Shown piece after piece: positions 27,981 to 38,727 of a DNA stretch of 64,000 nt. A program made the translations under genes and the position numbers. Position 1 is the first letter of the stretch. The number at the start of each line of letters is the position of its first letter. Under the pieces are notes generated by a model. The model saw nothing but the letters and a program-made list of their open reading frames with translations, was not told where the DNA came from and did not search any database. The DNA is from Candidatus Poribacteria bacterium. Lineage in GTDB: Bacteria; Poribacteria; WGA-4E; WGA-3G. Where the stretch lies: positions 3,589,052 to 3,653,051 of the forward strand of contig OZ242381.1 in NCBI GenBank assembly GCA_965209095.1, given 5' to 3'.

Positions 27981-29990
27981 TTATTCTTCCACTATTCTTC
28001 CCGCAATCTCGGCATCTGGCATTAAATCCTTCCGTATCAGTAGACTTTCTTCTGCTCCGAGATTTTGGTATACTTCTTCTATCCACGATGTGGTAAATAC
28101 ATCCCCTGTGTTGTGAATGATCAGATTACGAGGTGCTACAAGTGTTCCTGCAGTGCGGAAATCCCCGACCTTCCTTAAACTTGGGATTGGCAAAGTTTTC
28201 AAATATGCTTCAGCATGACTGTTATCAAATTTTGCTGCATCAACGATAATGTTCTTAATATTCGTGAATCCCGCAGCAAACAGAGCCCACAAACCTGCTT
28301 CACCTATGCCGATGAGACTTACTTCAGAGACATCTCCTCTGGATGTAAAATAGAGTAATGTTGTCATAATGTCCTGAATACGCAATGCCGCTGTTGTTCG
28401 GTTGTAGGTTGTGAAGTAATTCGTCTCCTCTGATCTCTCATATTCTCCATGTTCTCCTGTTCCGAATACATCAATAATTAGAACCTTACGGTCTGCATTT
28501 ATCAACGCTTTGATCATTCGCGAAGGTTGTCCTGTTTCAGAGTTGATCAACTTTTCTTTTCCTTTGGGATGCACAACCACAACTACTGGATCGTGTCCAA
28601 CCAAAGGCTCTGTTCGAAATAAGACAGCAGGGATTGCGTCTCCAATTCCTTTCCTACCAATGACAACGTGACGTGCTGAAAAGTCAGGGTGATATGTCGT
28701 TGGAAAAGCACCCTCTGGCTCAACGAGTGTTACCTCGCTGCCATCTGGCAAGTGCAAACCGAGTGAATGTTGGAGTGCGCTGCCCATTTCTTCTCTAAAC
28801 TGATGATGTTCTTCAGTATTTGTCGGTTTACGGTTTTCAATAGCTTTATTAGATAACATCGCCCAGGAACGTAGAATGTCGTCCTGTTTCAATGCATGCT
28901 CTGGGAGATCACGATCTGAGAAAACTAACAGATCATCATCGGATTCAACTTCAAAAGGAACTTCTTTATATTTGGATGCGTCATCATCATTCAAAAACCA
29001 TTTTGCAAACCACGTATATACTGCTTCACGACTCTCTTTATTGTAGTTGTGGTCTGCGTCTACTTGCACCTGATGAATCTTATCTTCAGCATCAAAATGA
29101 GCATAAATGCTTCGGATAGCAGGATACTCAACTGTTGGTGTGTTTGAGGTCCAATCACCCGTGCATGATACAAGTAGCAGTGGACGTGGTGCCATCAATG
29201 CTCCTATTTCAAGATTGCTTGATTCCAATCGCAAATTCGGTGTGTTTTCACATAGGCATCCTCCCTGCATTGTCGCAGAAATCATATTGACAGGTGCAGA
29301 GACTTTTATGCGTTCATCAACAGCCGTGAGAATGAATGTTTGCGTTCCCCCACCCGACGCGCCTGTACAACCGATTCGTTCATTATCCACATCCTCAAGG
29401 TTTTGTAAGAAATCGATAGCGCGAATACCGTTCTGGAGTTGGAGTCCCATCGCGCTTAATCCCCATAGAGCTTCTTTTGCTCCACCGAAACGGTGGTCAA
29501 GCTGCTTTCCACTGTCGTTGTAACCTATCATATCGTAAGCAAAGATGACGTAACCCTGTTTAGCAAAGTTGATACATCTGCCAGGAATCGAACCGCGTTC
29601 GATATCTTCTAACCGTCCGCGTCCCCAATGTCCATGCGGGCTTACAATGCCTGGGAATGGTCCGGTTTTCCCTTTTGGACGATAGAGATTACCTGTTGTG
29701 AAGAAACCGGGGAATGGTTCAAAATGCACCTTTTCTACGGTATAGTCTTCTCGTTCAATTTTTCCAAAGATTTGGGCGTTGAGCGGTGTCGGTTCATGTG
29801 CTGGGACTATACCGTTTGCTACTCGGATCTGCTGCCGTAATGATTTGGCTTTTTCAGTCCACTCCGCTTTGGTATAGTTTGGGAAGGTGTAAGGTGTGTT
29901 GAGATCGCGTGATGCGGCACCTCGTGCGTCGTTAACTGTCTGTGATGGATCGGTGAAAACGTGTGCAAGTTCGTGGTGTTGTTCAGCCAT
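27981..29990 (-). CDS. Acetylxylan-esterase-like alpha/beta hydrolase with duplicated fold
   Basis: PHGHW, GCTGASGGGTQT nucleophile elbow, HNY; the second domain looks degenerate. Confidence 0.8.
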   Translation of the reverse strand: MAEQHHELAHVFTDPSQTVNDARGAASRDLNTPYTFPNYTKAEWTEKAKSLRQQIRVANGIVPAHEPTPLNAQIFGKIEREDYTVEKVHFEPFPGFFTTGNLYRPKGKTGPFPGIVSPHGHWGRGRLEDIERGSIPGRCINFAKQGYVIFAYDMIGYNDSGKQLDHRFGGAKEALWGLSAMGLQLQNGIRAIDFLQNLEDVDNERIGCTGASGGGTQTFILTAVDERIKVSAPVNMISATMQGGCLCENTPNLRLESSNLEIGALMAPRPLLLVSCTGDWTSNTPTVEYPAIRSIYAHFDAEDKIHQVQVDADHNYNKESREAVYTWFAKWFLNDDDASKYKEVPFEVESDDDLLVFSDRDLPEHALKQDDILRSWAMLSNKAIENRKPTNTEEHHQFREEMGSALQHSLGLHLPDGSEVTLVEPEGAFPTTYHPDFSARHVVIGRKGIGDAIPAVLFRTEPLVGHDPVVVVVHPKGKEKLINSETGQPSRMIKALINADRKVLIIDVFGTGEHGEYERSEETNYFTTYNRTTAALRIQDIMTTLLYFTSRGDVSEVSLIGIGEAGLWALFAAGFTNIKNIIVDAAKFDNSHAEAYLKTLPIPSLRKVGDFRTAGTLVAPRNLIIHNTGDVFTTSWIEEVYQNLGAEESLLIRKDLMPDAEIAGRIVEE

Positions 29991-30231
29991 TATATGCTCC
30001 TTCTAAAATATTATTTGAGGGATGTGCATAATTATTTGACACATCAATACAGACAGGGACAGACCTCAGGTTCCGTTTAGTTTTTAGAGATGCTGTTTGT
30101 AGTAGCACAATTCATTGTGCGTTTTTGACCTTTTGGACGGCACACGGAGTGTGCCTACTACTTTTAAGAACATTCTATGAGATTGAATTCTTTATGCACA
30201 CCCCTCAACTAATTAACCAATACCCTATTTT

Positions 30232-30876
30232 TTATGAATCTGCTGTTGCTTCCTCAGTTGTTAAAGTTGTTTCAATTTTTCTTAAGTTTGTTGCCATATC
30301 TACAAACAGATTGATCAATTCTGCTAAACAATAACTGAAAATCAGGCCTACAGCACCATAAGAAACAGAAACCACTAACGAGATAACACCGAAAATAAAA
30401 CTGACACTTCCGCGTATTGCCAGATCAGTCAGGACAATTTCCATTAAATCAGGGATTCCTGATCCGAAGATAGAAGCAACCAGTACTTGCATACCAGTAG
30501 CAATCAAATAGAGGAAACCTAATTCTCCGCATAGTCGGATTAAGATAACTGCCATGGGTAACAGAGCAAAATGTGCCTTATCTCCAAGCGCGCTGATTTT
30601 TTTTGACCTATTCCAAAATAACATGATTAGGACTAAACCGGCAGCAATATTGATACAAAGAGATATGAGTGAACCTATGACAACAAGTGTCCCTGAAATA
30701 GTTCCTAAAAAATCGCTCGCAGTTATTGATCCTACACAAATTGCAATACCCCAGACAATGGCACCAATCAAAGCAAGCACGCCCAGAATTTTTAGAAGAA
30801 TTGATACCCACTTCCGAAACTGGTTACCTGATTCAAATGAATCAATCCAAGTTACAATATTGCGTAAATATTTCAA
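30232..30876 (-). CDS. Hypothetical membrane protein
   Basis: GGAGG RBS, four hydrophobic segments. Confidence 0.75.
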   Translation of the reverse strand: MKYLRNIVTWIDSFESGNQFRKWVSILLKILGVLALIGAIVWGIAICVGSITASDFLGTISGTLVVIGSLISLCINIAAGLVLIMLFWNRSKKISALGDKAHFALLPMAVILIRLCGELGFLYLIATGMQVLVASIFGSGIPDLMEIVLTDLAIRGSVSFIFGVISLVVSVSYGAVGLIFSYCLAELINLFVDMATNLRKIETTLTTEEATADS

Positions 30877-30959
30877 AATTTATCCTCCAAAGATGTTGAA
30901 GTTTAGTGTGGGTATAGCATAACAGATTTCATGATTAATCTCAATTGTTTACCATTTTG

Positions 30960-31144
30960 GTGTGTGTAAAGTTTTTGGTACTGTACGTAGGGCGGGGTCT
31001 CCCCGCCCGATTACCACCTCTTGCTACATTTCCATCCCAAACCACTGCTGATGGATAGGAAGTGTTCCAACGAGGGCGAGGCGACCTCGTCCCTACGATG
31101 TGTCTGAATGTGAGATGACCTTTGGCCAAAAACTTTACACACCC
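30960..31144. mobile_element. GGGTGTGTAAAG-TIR MITE (185 bp) with REP cargo; its TIR overlaps the end of the adjacent gene
   Basis: TIRs at both ends; homologous to 12813-13156 without the nested MITE; no clean TSD. Confidence 0.8.
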
Positions 31145-33300
31145 TTTGTAGAATGTTCTTTGGGTTCATCAAACTCAGCAAGCACCTTTGTGCCAACTTT
31201 GAGAAATCTACCATTGAGCATCACAAATTTATTTCCACGCAAGAACAGATATTCTCCTTCAAATTCAATCTTATGTTCGGTATCAGAAGTTGACATCTCG
31301 GCATAACCATCATCAGAGATTAGGAATGTATCTGTTACACCCTTGGATTTCACTGTAAAACCAGTAGCTAATACATCTGCATTCGAATTGACAGCAATTG
31401 ATTGAACCGTTGGAATTTCCTCAAAGTCAACTTTCATTGAAAACAACACAACATTCAGGACAGTTGGCAGTTCACGATGCGTGGAAAAAGTCAACATTTT
31501 GCCATCTAAGTGAATAGAAAGATCTTCAGCATCTGCAGTACCGATAAAGATATTACTTTGTCCCGTTTCCTGTGTCCATACTTGGTTCCCATTCTGTATG
31601 TTGTGTGAGGTATTGAGGTGAAAAATCTGTTCCACCGAATGTTTTCCTTCACCAAGAACGGTATCATGTAGAATATAATATTCTCCCTTCACATAGAAAA
31701 TAGAACGTTTGTGGTGATATTTCTCTGCCTTATACCACCCTTCTACAAAATCATAGGTAGTTGTGGCAATCCAGCGTGCATCTGGGTCAGGAATTATCTC
31801 ATGCTCTGATGATTGCCCGCGCATTTGCCCTTTACCGTCTACCAAGAGACTATTAAATGACTTGCTGGTTCGGTGTTCTTTATCAGCACTGTTATTGTCA
31901 AGGTTGTGTGTAATAAGTTGCTGTCCATGTGCGGACAACACGAAACTCAACTTATCTTCATAATCCTGTTTTCCCAATGGACCGCTGTCAAAACACATGT
32001 ATTGTCCATCACTTTCCCAACTATCTCTCATAACATAGTAACCTGAATAAGGCAATGCATGTGAAAACACTTTGATTTCTTTATCTTTCAGAATTATATT
32101 TCTAATATCGTCTTTCTCAACAAAGTCTAACTTTTCTGTTCCGGCCTCAGTGACAAATGGAGGAAATGACAGATCGGGTAGACTAAGATATATACATGCT
32201 TTCGTCTGTTCTTCTAAACACTTCTTCATCTCTGAGATACATGCAGGATGAGTGATCTGCTGCGTTTTTTCGTAGATATGTAGGAATCTTGATAAATCTG
32301 ACATCGATGCTGCTTGTGATCGCACCAATAAGTCTTTGTGGAAACCGTCGGGATAGAAGAACGCACTGACTATCCATTTGTAGCGACGAAATGCCAAATT
32401 GAGCAGTTGTTCACTGATACGAAATTCTGGAAAGAGAAGTGCTGCAATACCGATTTCTGTTGTTGCATAGATTGCTGGTGTCGGATGTATTGATAATTTT
32501 AGTAGACAATCAAGGTGCTGTTTTGCTGAGATAATATCATCAGTATTTTCTATATCTGAGGTGAGTTCAAAAGACTCTATATAATCTTTACGAAATTTCG
32601 TATATTCAGATTTTGCTGAGGATAAGTCTCCTTGTAAATATGCAAATTTAACATCTTCTAAACCTTCATATTCCAAATTAAGATTGTCAAAGAACTCTTT
32701 ATCACTCAGTGGAAACTTAAGACTATTGTGTTGTGTAAAGTCATTATTCAGCGTTGTGTTATAGGACTCAATCGCAGTTTTCAGAATAGGTAAATTGAGG
32801 ATATCTGCCAGTTGAAATGCAGCTATAATTGGTTGTAGGATATGTGAATCGGATGGTGAGGGAGACACTTCAGGGAGATTTAACGCAATGCGACCAAACC
32901 CAGCAAGTCGCCAAAGTTCAGCTTGCGATAGTCCATTGCATACGCAACTTGCCATAGCCAACGCACTCGCAGCTGCCAGTCTTTCACGTGCTGTTGGTGC
33001 ATCGAGATATGTAAAGAGATATTGTATATGTTCTAACAGTATTTTTGCTAACGGTTCCCATTCCGATGTATCAAGAGTTTCGTGTGAAGCGATTGCAAGT
33101 GCCTCAACGACACGTGCAGCAACAGATTCCAACTGCCAAGCAGGATGTTGATCTGCATATTCAATTGGTGTGGGGTTTGCTTCGGTAAAGGTGAGTAGTT
33201 CTTCAAAATCGGCAATCGGTTCAAATTGATCAATAACTGGTAGATCTTGTCTGTCAAGTTTTTGTGCTAACAAAGTAATGTGTTCAGAATGTACTGACAT
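31135..33300 (-). CDS. Heparinase II/III-like protein
   Basis: YPDGFH, ALPYSGYYVMRDSW, FDSGPLG...DKLSFVLSAHG, HKRSIFYVKGEYYILHD; several His positions look altered. Confidence 0.75.
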   Translation of the reverse strand: MSVHSEHITLLAQKLDRQDLPVIDQFEPIADFEELLTFTEANPTPIEYADQHPAWQLESVAARVVEALAIASHETLDTSEWEPLAKILLEHIQYLFTYLDAPTARERLAAASALAMASCVCNGLSQAELWRLAGFGRIALNLPEVSPSPSDSHILQPIIAAFQLADILNLPILKTAIESYNTTLNNDFTQHNSLKFPLSDKEFFDNLNLEYEGLEDVKFAYLQGDLSSAKSEYTKFRKDYIESFELTSDIENTDDIISAKQHLDCLLKLSIHPTPAIYATTEIGIAALLFPEFRISEQLLNLAFRRYKWIVSAFFYPDGFHKDLLVRSQAASMSDLSRFLHIYEKTQQITHPACISEMKKCLEEQTKACIYLSLPDLSFPPFVTEAGTEKLDFVEKDDIRNIILKDKEIKVFSHALPYSGYYVMRDSWESDGQYMCFDSGPLGKQDYEDKLSFVLSAHGQQLITHNLDNNSADKEHRTSKSFNSLLVDGKGQMRGQSSEHEIIPDPDARWIATTTYDFVEGWYKAEKYHHKRSIFYVKGEYYILHDTVLGEGKHSVEQIFHLNTSHNIQNGNQVWTQETGQSNIFIGTADAEDLSIHLDGKMLTFSTHRELPTVLNVVLFSMKVDFEEIPTVQSIAVNSNADVLATGFTVKSKGVTDTFLISDDGYAEMSTSDTEHKIEFEGEYLFLRGNKFVMLNGRFLKVGTKVLAEFDEPKEHSTKGV

Positions 33301-33422
33301 AAATTCACCTAAAGCTACGTCCAGCAGGGTTATTTACAGCGAATTTCATAATATTTTAACCTTATTCACATCAGAAATCCACCTCATTATAATGCGGGGT
33401 CTGTATGTCCCGCCATCCTAAT

Positions 33423-33549
33423 TGTCTGAACCAGGATTTTCAGGATAAGAAACTGAAAAATCAAAGTGCTATTCTTGGGATAAAGTTCAAACTTTAGATA
33501 GGAACTTTGGATTAGCAAACTCCTAATCCTGAAAATCCTGGTTCAGACA
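33423..33549. mobile_element. MITE-like element with TGTCTGAACCAGGATTTTCAGGA TIRs
   Basis: 23-bp IRs; relative at 57764-57884; half copies near 6942 and 11668. Confidence 0.7.
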
Positions 33550-33639
33550 TAAAGAAAATAACCCTCCCATATTTTTATGCGATTTTAATTGTTAATGTGA
33601 TATACTAAATTATTATGAAATCAATACAAGACAAAGGAA

Positions 33640-34452
33640 ATGAGCATGATTCATGTAGTAGTTAATGGTGCATGTGGACGTATGGGAAGACTCATAACAC
33701 AAGGCATTACACAACAAGAGGATATGCAGCTTGTTGGTGCAACTGAATTTGCTACGCATCCAGAGATTGGCACTGATGTCGGTGTCGTAGCAGGTATTGG
33801 AGAACTTGGTATTGCTATCACAAGTGATCTCAATGGTGTGATTACAAAAGCAGATGTTGCCATTGAATTTTCAACCCCTGAAGCTTCATTAGAACATCTT
33901 AAACAAGTTGTAGAAGCGGATAAAGCGATGGTTCTTGCCACGACAGGATTCAACACAGACGAGTTAGCAGAAGTCCATCAACTCGCTTCAAAGATAAAAT
34001 GTGTCATGGCTCCAAATATGAGCCTTGGAGTAAACGTCATGATTCAGGCTTTGGAATTGGTTGCAAAGGCACTTGGCGATGACTATGATATAGAAGTAAT
34101 TGAAGCACATCACAATCATAAAGCGGATTCCCCCAGTGGAACTGCACTGAGATTAGCGGAGACTGTAGCTGCAGCCGTAGGACGTGATTTAGATGAAGTA
34201 GGTGTCTATGGACGACATGGGATAATCGGACCGCGTCCAAAAAACCAGATTGGGGTTCATGCCATTCGTGGTGGCGACATCGCAGGTGACCATACTGTCA
34301 TGTTTGCTACAGAAGGTGAAACATTGAGTGTTGTCCATCGCGCGCACAGTCCGGAGGCGTTTGCAAAAGGGGCAATCCGTGCCGCGAGATGGGTGGTTAA
34401 TGCGCCGCGAGGGTTACATGATGTTAGCGAAGTCCTTTTTGGAAAAAATTAA
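33640..34452 (+). CDS. dapB: 4-hydroxy-tetrahydrodipicolinate reductase
   Basis: GACGRMG, ATTG, APNMSLG, IEAHHNHKADSPSGTA, RGGDIAGDH. Confidence 0.95.
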   Translation: MSMIHVVVNGACGRMGRLITQGITQQEDMQLVGATEFATHPEIGTDVGVVAGIGELGIAITSDLNGVITKADVAIEFSTPEASLEHLKQVVEADKAMVLATTGFNTDELAEVHQLASKIKCVMAPNMSLGVNVMIQALELVAKALGDDYDIEVIEAHHNHKADSPSGTALRLAETVAAAVGRDLDEVGVYGRHGIIGPRPKNQIGVHAIRGGDIAGDHTVMFATEGETLSVVHRAHSPEAFAKGAIRAARWVVNAPRGLHDVSEVLFGKN

Positions 34453-36487
34453 TAAGTCCGCAAATGGAATACTTATATGTTTTTTTCTATTGCATCTTGT
34501 CGCATTTTCTTTCGTTCTCGGATGCAAAAACACTCCGAAACATACTATAGGGACCTGGAAAACAGTTTTAGAAGGAGACTGGAGTGCCCGGTTATACGAT
34601 GTCCATTTTATTTCTGAAACACATGGATGGGCAGTAGGTAATTCAGTCGGATTAGTATCGGAGCACAGCATCAATGAAGCCGATAATTCCTACACCGATG
34701 GAGCAGAGAGCATTATCCTGCATACTGCGGATGGTGGCAAAAATTGGCATAGACAACATAGTACAGTCTTTGGAAATCCACTCAGGAAAGTGTTTTTTCG
34801 TAATAGTAATGAAGGGTGGTCTGTCGGTGAAGGCGGCGTTATTATACGGACAACCGATGGTGGAAAAACATGGCTAAAGATTGAATCAGGAACACAACAC
34901 GATTTACACAGTCTTCATATTGGTAAGGACATCTGCTGGATAGTTGGCGATTGGGGAACACTACTCAAATCTGTAGACGGTGGAAAAACTTATGAAATCC
35001 TTGGTACCGATTTTGGAAAAAAATCCATAAAAGGAATACAATTTGTTGACAACACACACGGTTGGATTATCACCTACAGCACACCGAATGAACCAGAGAA
35101 CGCTGGCTATATCTACCATACTCAGGATGGTGGACAGACTTGGAAAGAACAGTTCAAAACGAAACCCGCGCTCTTTAGTCTACATTTCGTTGATAGGATG
35201 ACAGGATGGGTTGTTGGAGATAGAAGGAGCATCTATTTAACAAATGATGGCGGAAAAACTTGGAGATTTCTCACTGAAGGAAGTAACGAACGACACACAG
35301 AAAAATACGGACAACCCGAATATCTTGGTAATGAACCATTACATACCTTTACGCTCTATGATGTTGACTTCGCTGACAATCAGCACGGGTGGATTGTGGG
35401 AGATTTGGGTGTAATTCTCCATATTGCATCGGGTGTGAAGAAAGATGGCAGTAGTTTATGGAAACACCAACGCGGCGGACCACGCTTTCACAACAGTGCC
35501 GATGCTCTTTTATTAGGCGTTGACTTTGTTTCCGATAAGCTCGGTTGGGCAGTTGGTGAAAACGGGACGATACTGCATACACGCAACGGTGGTATTACAT
35601 GGAAAGCACAATCAAGTCCAACACACTTACTATTTGATATATGCATCACTGCCGATAATAAAGGATATGTCGTCGGGGATCGAGGTGCTATTTTACAAAC
35701 AGAGGATAGCGGTACTACTTGGCAAGCACAAGATAGCAGAACAACCGAATGCTTTGGTGGTACACATTTTGTGACGCCGAAAAAAGGATGGGCGGTTGCT
35801 GAGGCAGGTGTAATTTTACACACAACAAACGGTGGTATAGTCTGGCAACGACAAACCTCTAACACAACACAAGACCTACTCGCCGTGTTCTTTATTGATG
35901 AACATACAGGGTGGTGTGTTGGGAGTGCAGGTGAAATAGTACATACTTCCAATGGAGGTAAAACTTGGTTCCAACAAAAAAGTGGCGTTACATTTAACCT
36001 ATTTGACATTCATTTTACGTCTAAAACTGAAGGATGGGTAGTCGGACTGTTTGGGACTCTTTTGTACACGAATGATGGCGGTAAACAGTGGCAACTTTCT
36101 ACGCTCACACACCAACTCAAGAGAATGAACATTACACAAAATGCCTGGTTGAATGCTGTCTATTTTGTGAATTCACAAATAGGGTGGGTAGTCGGTGTGG
36201 ATGGGTTGATTTTTCACACTGATGATGGTGGAAAAAGTTGGTCACGACAAAATAGTAATACACTCAATTTTCTTTACGATGTGTTTTTTATCTCAATAGA
36301 AGAAGGGTGGATCGTAGGAAAAGAAGGACTTGTTTTACATACAAGAGATGGGGGAACGAACTGGAGGCCCCAACGAACAGAGACACGAACAGACCTAACG
36401 GCTATACACATGAGCAGTTCCATCTCTGGATTAGTTACGGGACAAGGTGGAACCATTCTAAAGTATGAGGTGCTTGAGTATAAATGA
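34418..36487 (+). CDS. YCF48-like BNR-repeat beta-propeller lipoprotein; start uncertain
   Basis: Many GWxVG...TxDGGxTW repeats; lipobox VLGC. Confidence 0.85.
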   Translation: MMLAKSFLEKINKSANGILICFFLLHLVAFSFVLGCKNTPKHTIGTWKTVLEGDWSARLYDVHFISETHGWAVGNSVGLVSEHSINEADNSYTDGAESIILHTADGGKNWHRQHSTVFGNPLRKVFFRNSNEGWSVGEGGVIIRTTDGGKTWLKIESGTQHDLHSLHIGKDICWIVGDWGTLLKSVDGGKTYEILGTDFGKKSIKGIQFVDNTHGWIITYSTPNEPENAGYIYHTQDGGQTWKEQFKTKPALFSLHFVDRMTGWVVGDRRSIYLTNDGGKTWRFLTEGSNERHTEKYGQPEYLGNEPLHTFTLYDVDFADNQHGWIVGDLGVILHIASGVKKDGSSLWKHQRGGPRFHNSADALLLGVDFVSDKLGWAVGENGTILHTRNGGITWKAQSSPTHLLFDICITADNKGYVVGDRGAILQTEDSGTTWQAQDSRTTECFGGTHFVTPKKGWAVAEAGVILHTTNGGIVWQRQTSNTTQDLLAVFFIDEHTGWCVGSAGEIVHTSNGGKTWFQQKSGVTFNLFDIHFTSKTEGWVVGLFGTLLYTNDGGKQWQLSTLTHQLKRMNITQNAWLNAVYFVNSQIGWVVGVDGLIFHTDDGGKSWSRQNSNTLNFLYDVFFISIEEGWIVGKEGLVLHTRDGGTNWRPQRTETRTDLTAIHMSSSISGLVTGQGGTILKYEVLEYK

Positions 36488-36499
36488 GGAAATAAGATT

Positions 36500-37243
36500 A
36501 TGACAGGTGAACAAAAATATCTTTTTGATTTACAAGGGTACATTGTCTTGAAAGGTGTTGTGCCTCGTGATGTCATTGAGGCATGCAACGCGGTGCTTGA
36601 CAGGTATGAGAAGATGAACCCTAATGACTATCCCGATCCTTTATGTTTGGGAACAGAACGGACAGAGAAGGAACTTTACATCTCAAATATATTGGAAGCA
36701 GATAGTGCATTTAATCCACTCGTTGATATACCTGAAGTGCTTGATGTGGTTGCGGGGGTAACAGGTGGACCCTACCGTCTAAATCATACCTATACAATAT
36801 ATCGGTGGGGTGGTGGATATACCGGGTTGCACATGCATGGCACGCCTATTATACCGAAGTGTCAGTATCACTGCAAAAACGGTGAGATGGTCTCTACGTT
36901 AACAAAGGCAGTATTTCCAATGCTGGATTGCGATGTTAATGATGGATGTTTCGCTGTAATTCCTGGGGCACATAAGAGCAACTTTCCTAAACCGTGGGGA
37001 AGTCATCCAGATGAAAACCCTGTGCTGATGCCTATTCCCTCTAAAGCAGGCGATGCAATAATATTTACAGAAGCACTTACACACGGCTCCGTCATCAATG
37101 TATCAGGAAAACCACGCAGAACACTTTACTACTGCTATAGCGTAGGTTATATGCCTGACTGGGGTGGACAAGGATTGCATTTTAGCCCAAACATCATGAA
37201 CCAACTCAATGAAACACAACAAGCTATCTTACATCTTAAATAA
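36500..37243 (+). CDS. Phytanoyl-CoA dioxygenase (PhyH) family Fe(II)/2OG enzyme
   Basis: QGYIVLK, GCFAVIPGAHKS, AGDAIIFTEALTHG. Confidence 0.85.
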   Translation: MTGEQKYLFDLQGYIVLKGVVPRDVIEACNAVLDRYEKMNPNDYPDPLCLGTERTEKELYISNILEADSAFNPLVDIPEVLDVVAGVTGGPYRLNHTYTIYRWGGGYTGLHMHGTPIIPKCQYHCKNGEMVSTLTKAVFPMLDCDVNDGCFAVIPGAHKSNFPKPWGSHPDENPVLMPIPSKAGDAIIFTEALTHGSVINVSGKPRRTLYYCYSVGYMPDWGGQGLHFSPNIMNQLNETQQAILHLK

Positions 37244-37307
37244 GAACGTGAGTTTGATAAAAACAAGATGACGGACTTTTGTAGGGGCGAGGTCGCCTCG
37301 CCCCATA

Positions 37308-37449
37308 CATAAGCGTCAATTTAAGGATATATCTTCTTGTGGGAGGGGTTTCTAACCCCGATTAACATTCTAAATTCGGACAAAATCGGGGTTAGAAACC
37401 CCTCCCACGAGAGAAAATTCAGCGATTTTTACTTAAATTGATGCCTATG
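37308..37449. mobile_element. 142-bp MITE, copy of 12883-13024
   Basis: Same TIR and internal GGGAGGGGTTTCTAACCCCGA pair; flanked by REP halves. Confidence 0.8.
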
Positions 37450-37546
37450 GATTAGGAAACCTAACCCCTACGAAAATAGGTTTCCTTTATGTTCAGAATG
37501 TGCTATATATCAAACTCACGTTAAATAATAAGGAGAAGACATTACT

Positions 37547-38725
37547 TTGATTACAATTGCAGAAAGGTTACAGAAACTTCCACCCTATCTCTTTGTGGAT
37601 TTACGACAAAAAATGGCAGCTGCTAAAGAACGAGGTATTGATGTTATCAGTCTTGGCATCGGCGACCCTGATTTTCCTACACCCGACCCAGTAGTACAAA
37701 CTTTATGTGACACAATCCAAAATCCTCAAGACTCTGACAGACATCGTTACGGATGCGATAATCCTGTCACAGAATTCCCAGAGGCAGTAAGTGGATTTTA
37801 TAAAAATCGCTTCGGTGTTTCCCTACAGGAGAATCAGATTGTAACAACACTCGGCAGCAAAGATGCAATTGTCAAAATGGCATTAGGCATACTAAATCCT
37901 GGTGATATAGGCATTGCTGCAAGTCCAGGGTATCCAACATATAACATCGGACATGTATTTGCGAGTGCAACCACATACTATGCTCCGCTCTTAAGAGAAA
38001 ACGATTTCTATGTTGACTTTAATGCTATTCCCGTTGAGGTGAAACGTCTTGCTAAAGTGCTTTGGATAAATTATCCAAACAATCCTACGACTGCTGTTGC
38101 TGATTTAGACTTTTTTGAACGTGCAATTGAATTTGGAAGAGAGAACGACATACTCATTGCCCATGACAACGCATATAGTGAAAATACCTATGATGGCTAT
38201 ACGTCACCAAGCATACTTCAGGTGGATGGAGCGGATGAAGTCGCCGTTGAGTTCTTCTCCTTAAGCAAAGCATTCAATATGACAGGGTGGCGATTGGGGT
38301 TTGTCGTTGGCAATGGTCCTGCTGTTGAAGCTGTGAAAAAGGTAAAAGACAATATTGACAACGGTTCATTACGTGCATTACAATACTCTGGAGCGAAGGC
38401 ACTTTCTATTGCAGACGAAGTAACACCAAAACTCAATAACATATATCAAAAACGTAGAGACATGGTGATTGATGCCCTAAAACAGAGTGGATGGTCTATT
38501 GAAAAACCGAAAGCGACTATGTACGTATGGGCCCCAGTGCCAGAACGTTTTGATGGTTCAAGTCGGGGTTTTGCTACTGCTCTACTTGAAGATGCGGGTG
38601 TCGTTGTAACGCCCGGCCTCGGTTATGGACAGTGGAGTGAAGGTTATTTCAGGATTTCATTGACATATCCCGATAAAGTAATTGAAGAGGCGATTACGCG
38701 AATTAGAGATTTTTCCTCACAATAA
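37547..38725 (+). CDS. dapL: LL-diaminopimelate aminotransferase (class I/II PLP enzyme)
   Basis: LGIGDPD, GSKD, NYPNNPT, HDNAYSE, SLSKAFNMTGWRLG; near dapB. Confidence 0.8.
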   Translation: MITIAERLQKLPPYLFVDLRQKMAAAKERGIDVISLGIGDPDFPTPDPVVQTLCDTIQNPQDSDRHRYGCDNPVTEFPEAVSGFYKNRFGVSLQENQIVTTLGSKDAIVKMALGILNPGDIGIAASPGYPTYNIGHVFASATTYYAPLLRENDFYVDFNAIPVEVKRLAKVLWINYPNNPTTAVADLDFFERAIEFGRENDILIAHDNAYSENTYDGYTSPSILQVDGADEVAVEFFSLSKAFNMTGWRLGFVVGNGPAVEAVKKVKDNIDNGSLRALQYSGAKALSIADEVTPKLNNIYQKRRDMVIDALKQSGWSIEKPKATMYVWAPVPERFDGSSRGFATALLEDAGVVVTPGLGYGQWSEGYFRISLTYPDKVIEEAITRIRDFSSQ

Positions 38726-38727
38726 AC

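Noticed and set aside
34418-36487. YCF48-like gene as evidence of photosynthesis
   Set aside because: BNR propellers are widespread and no photosystem genes are present.
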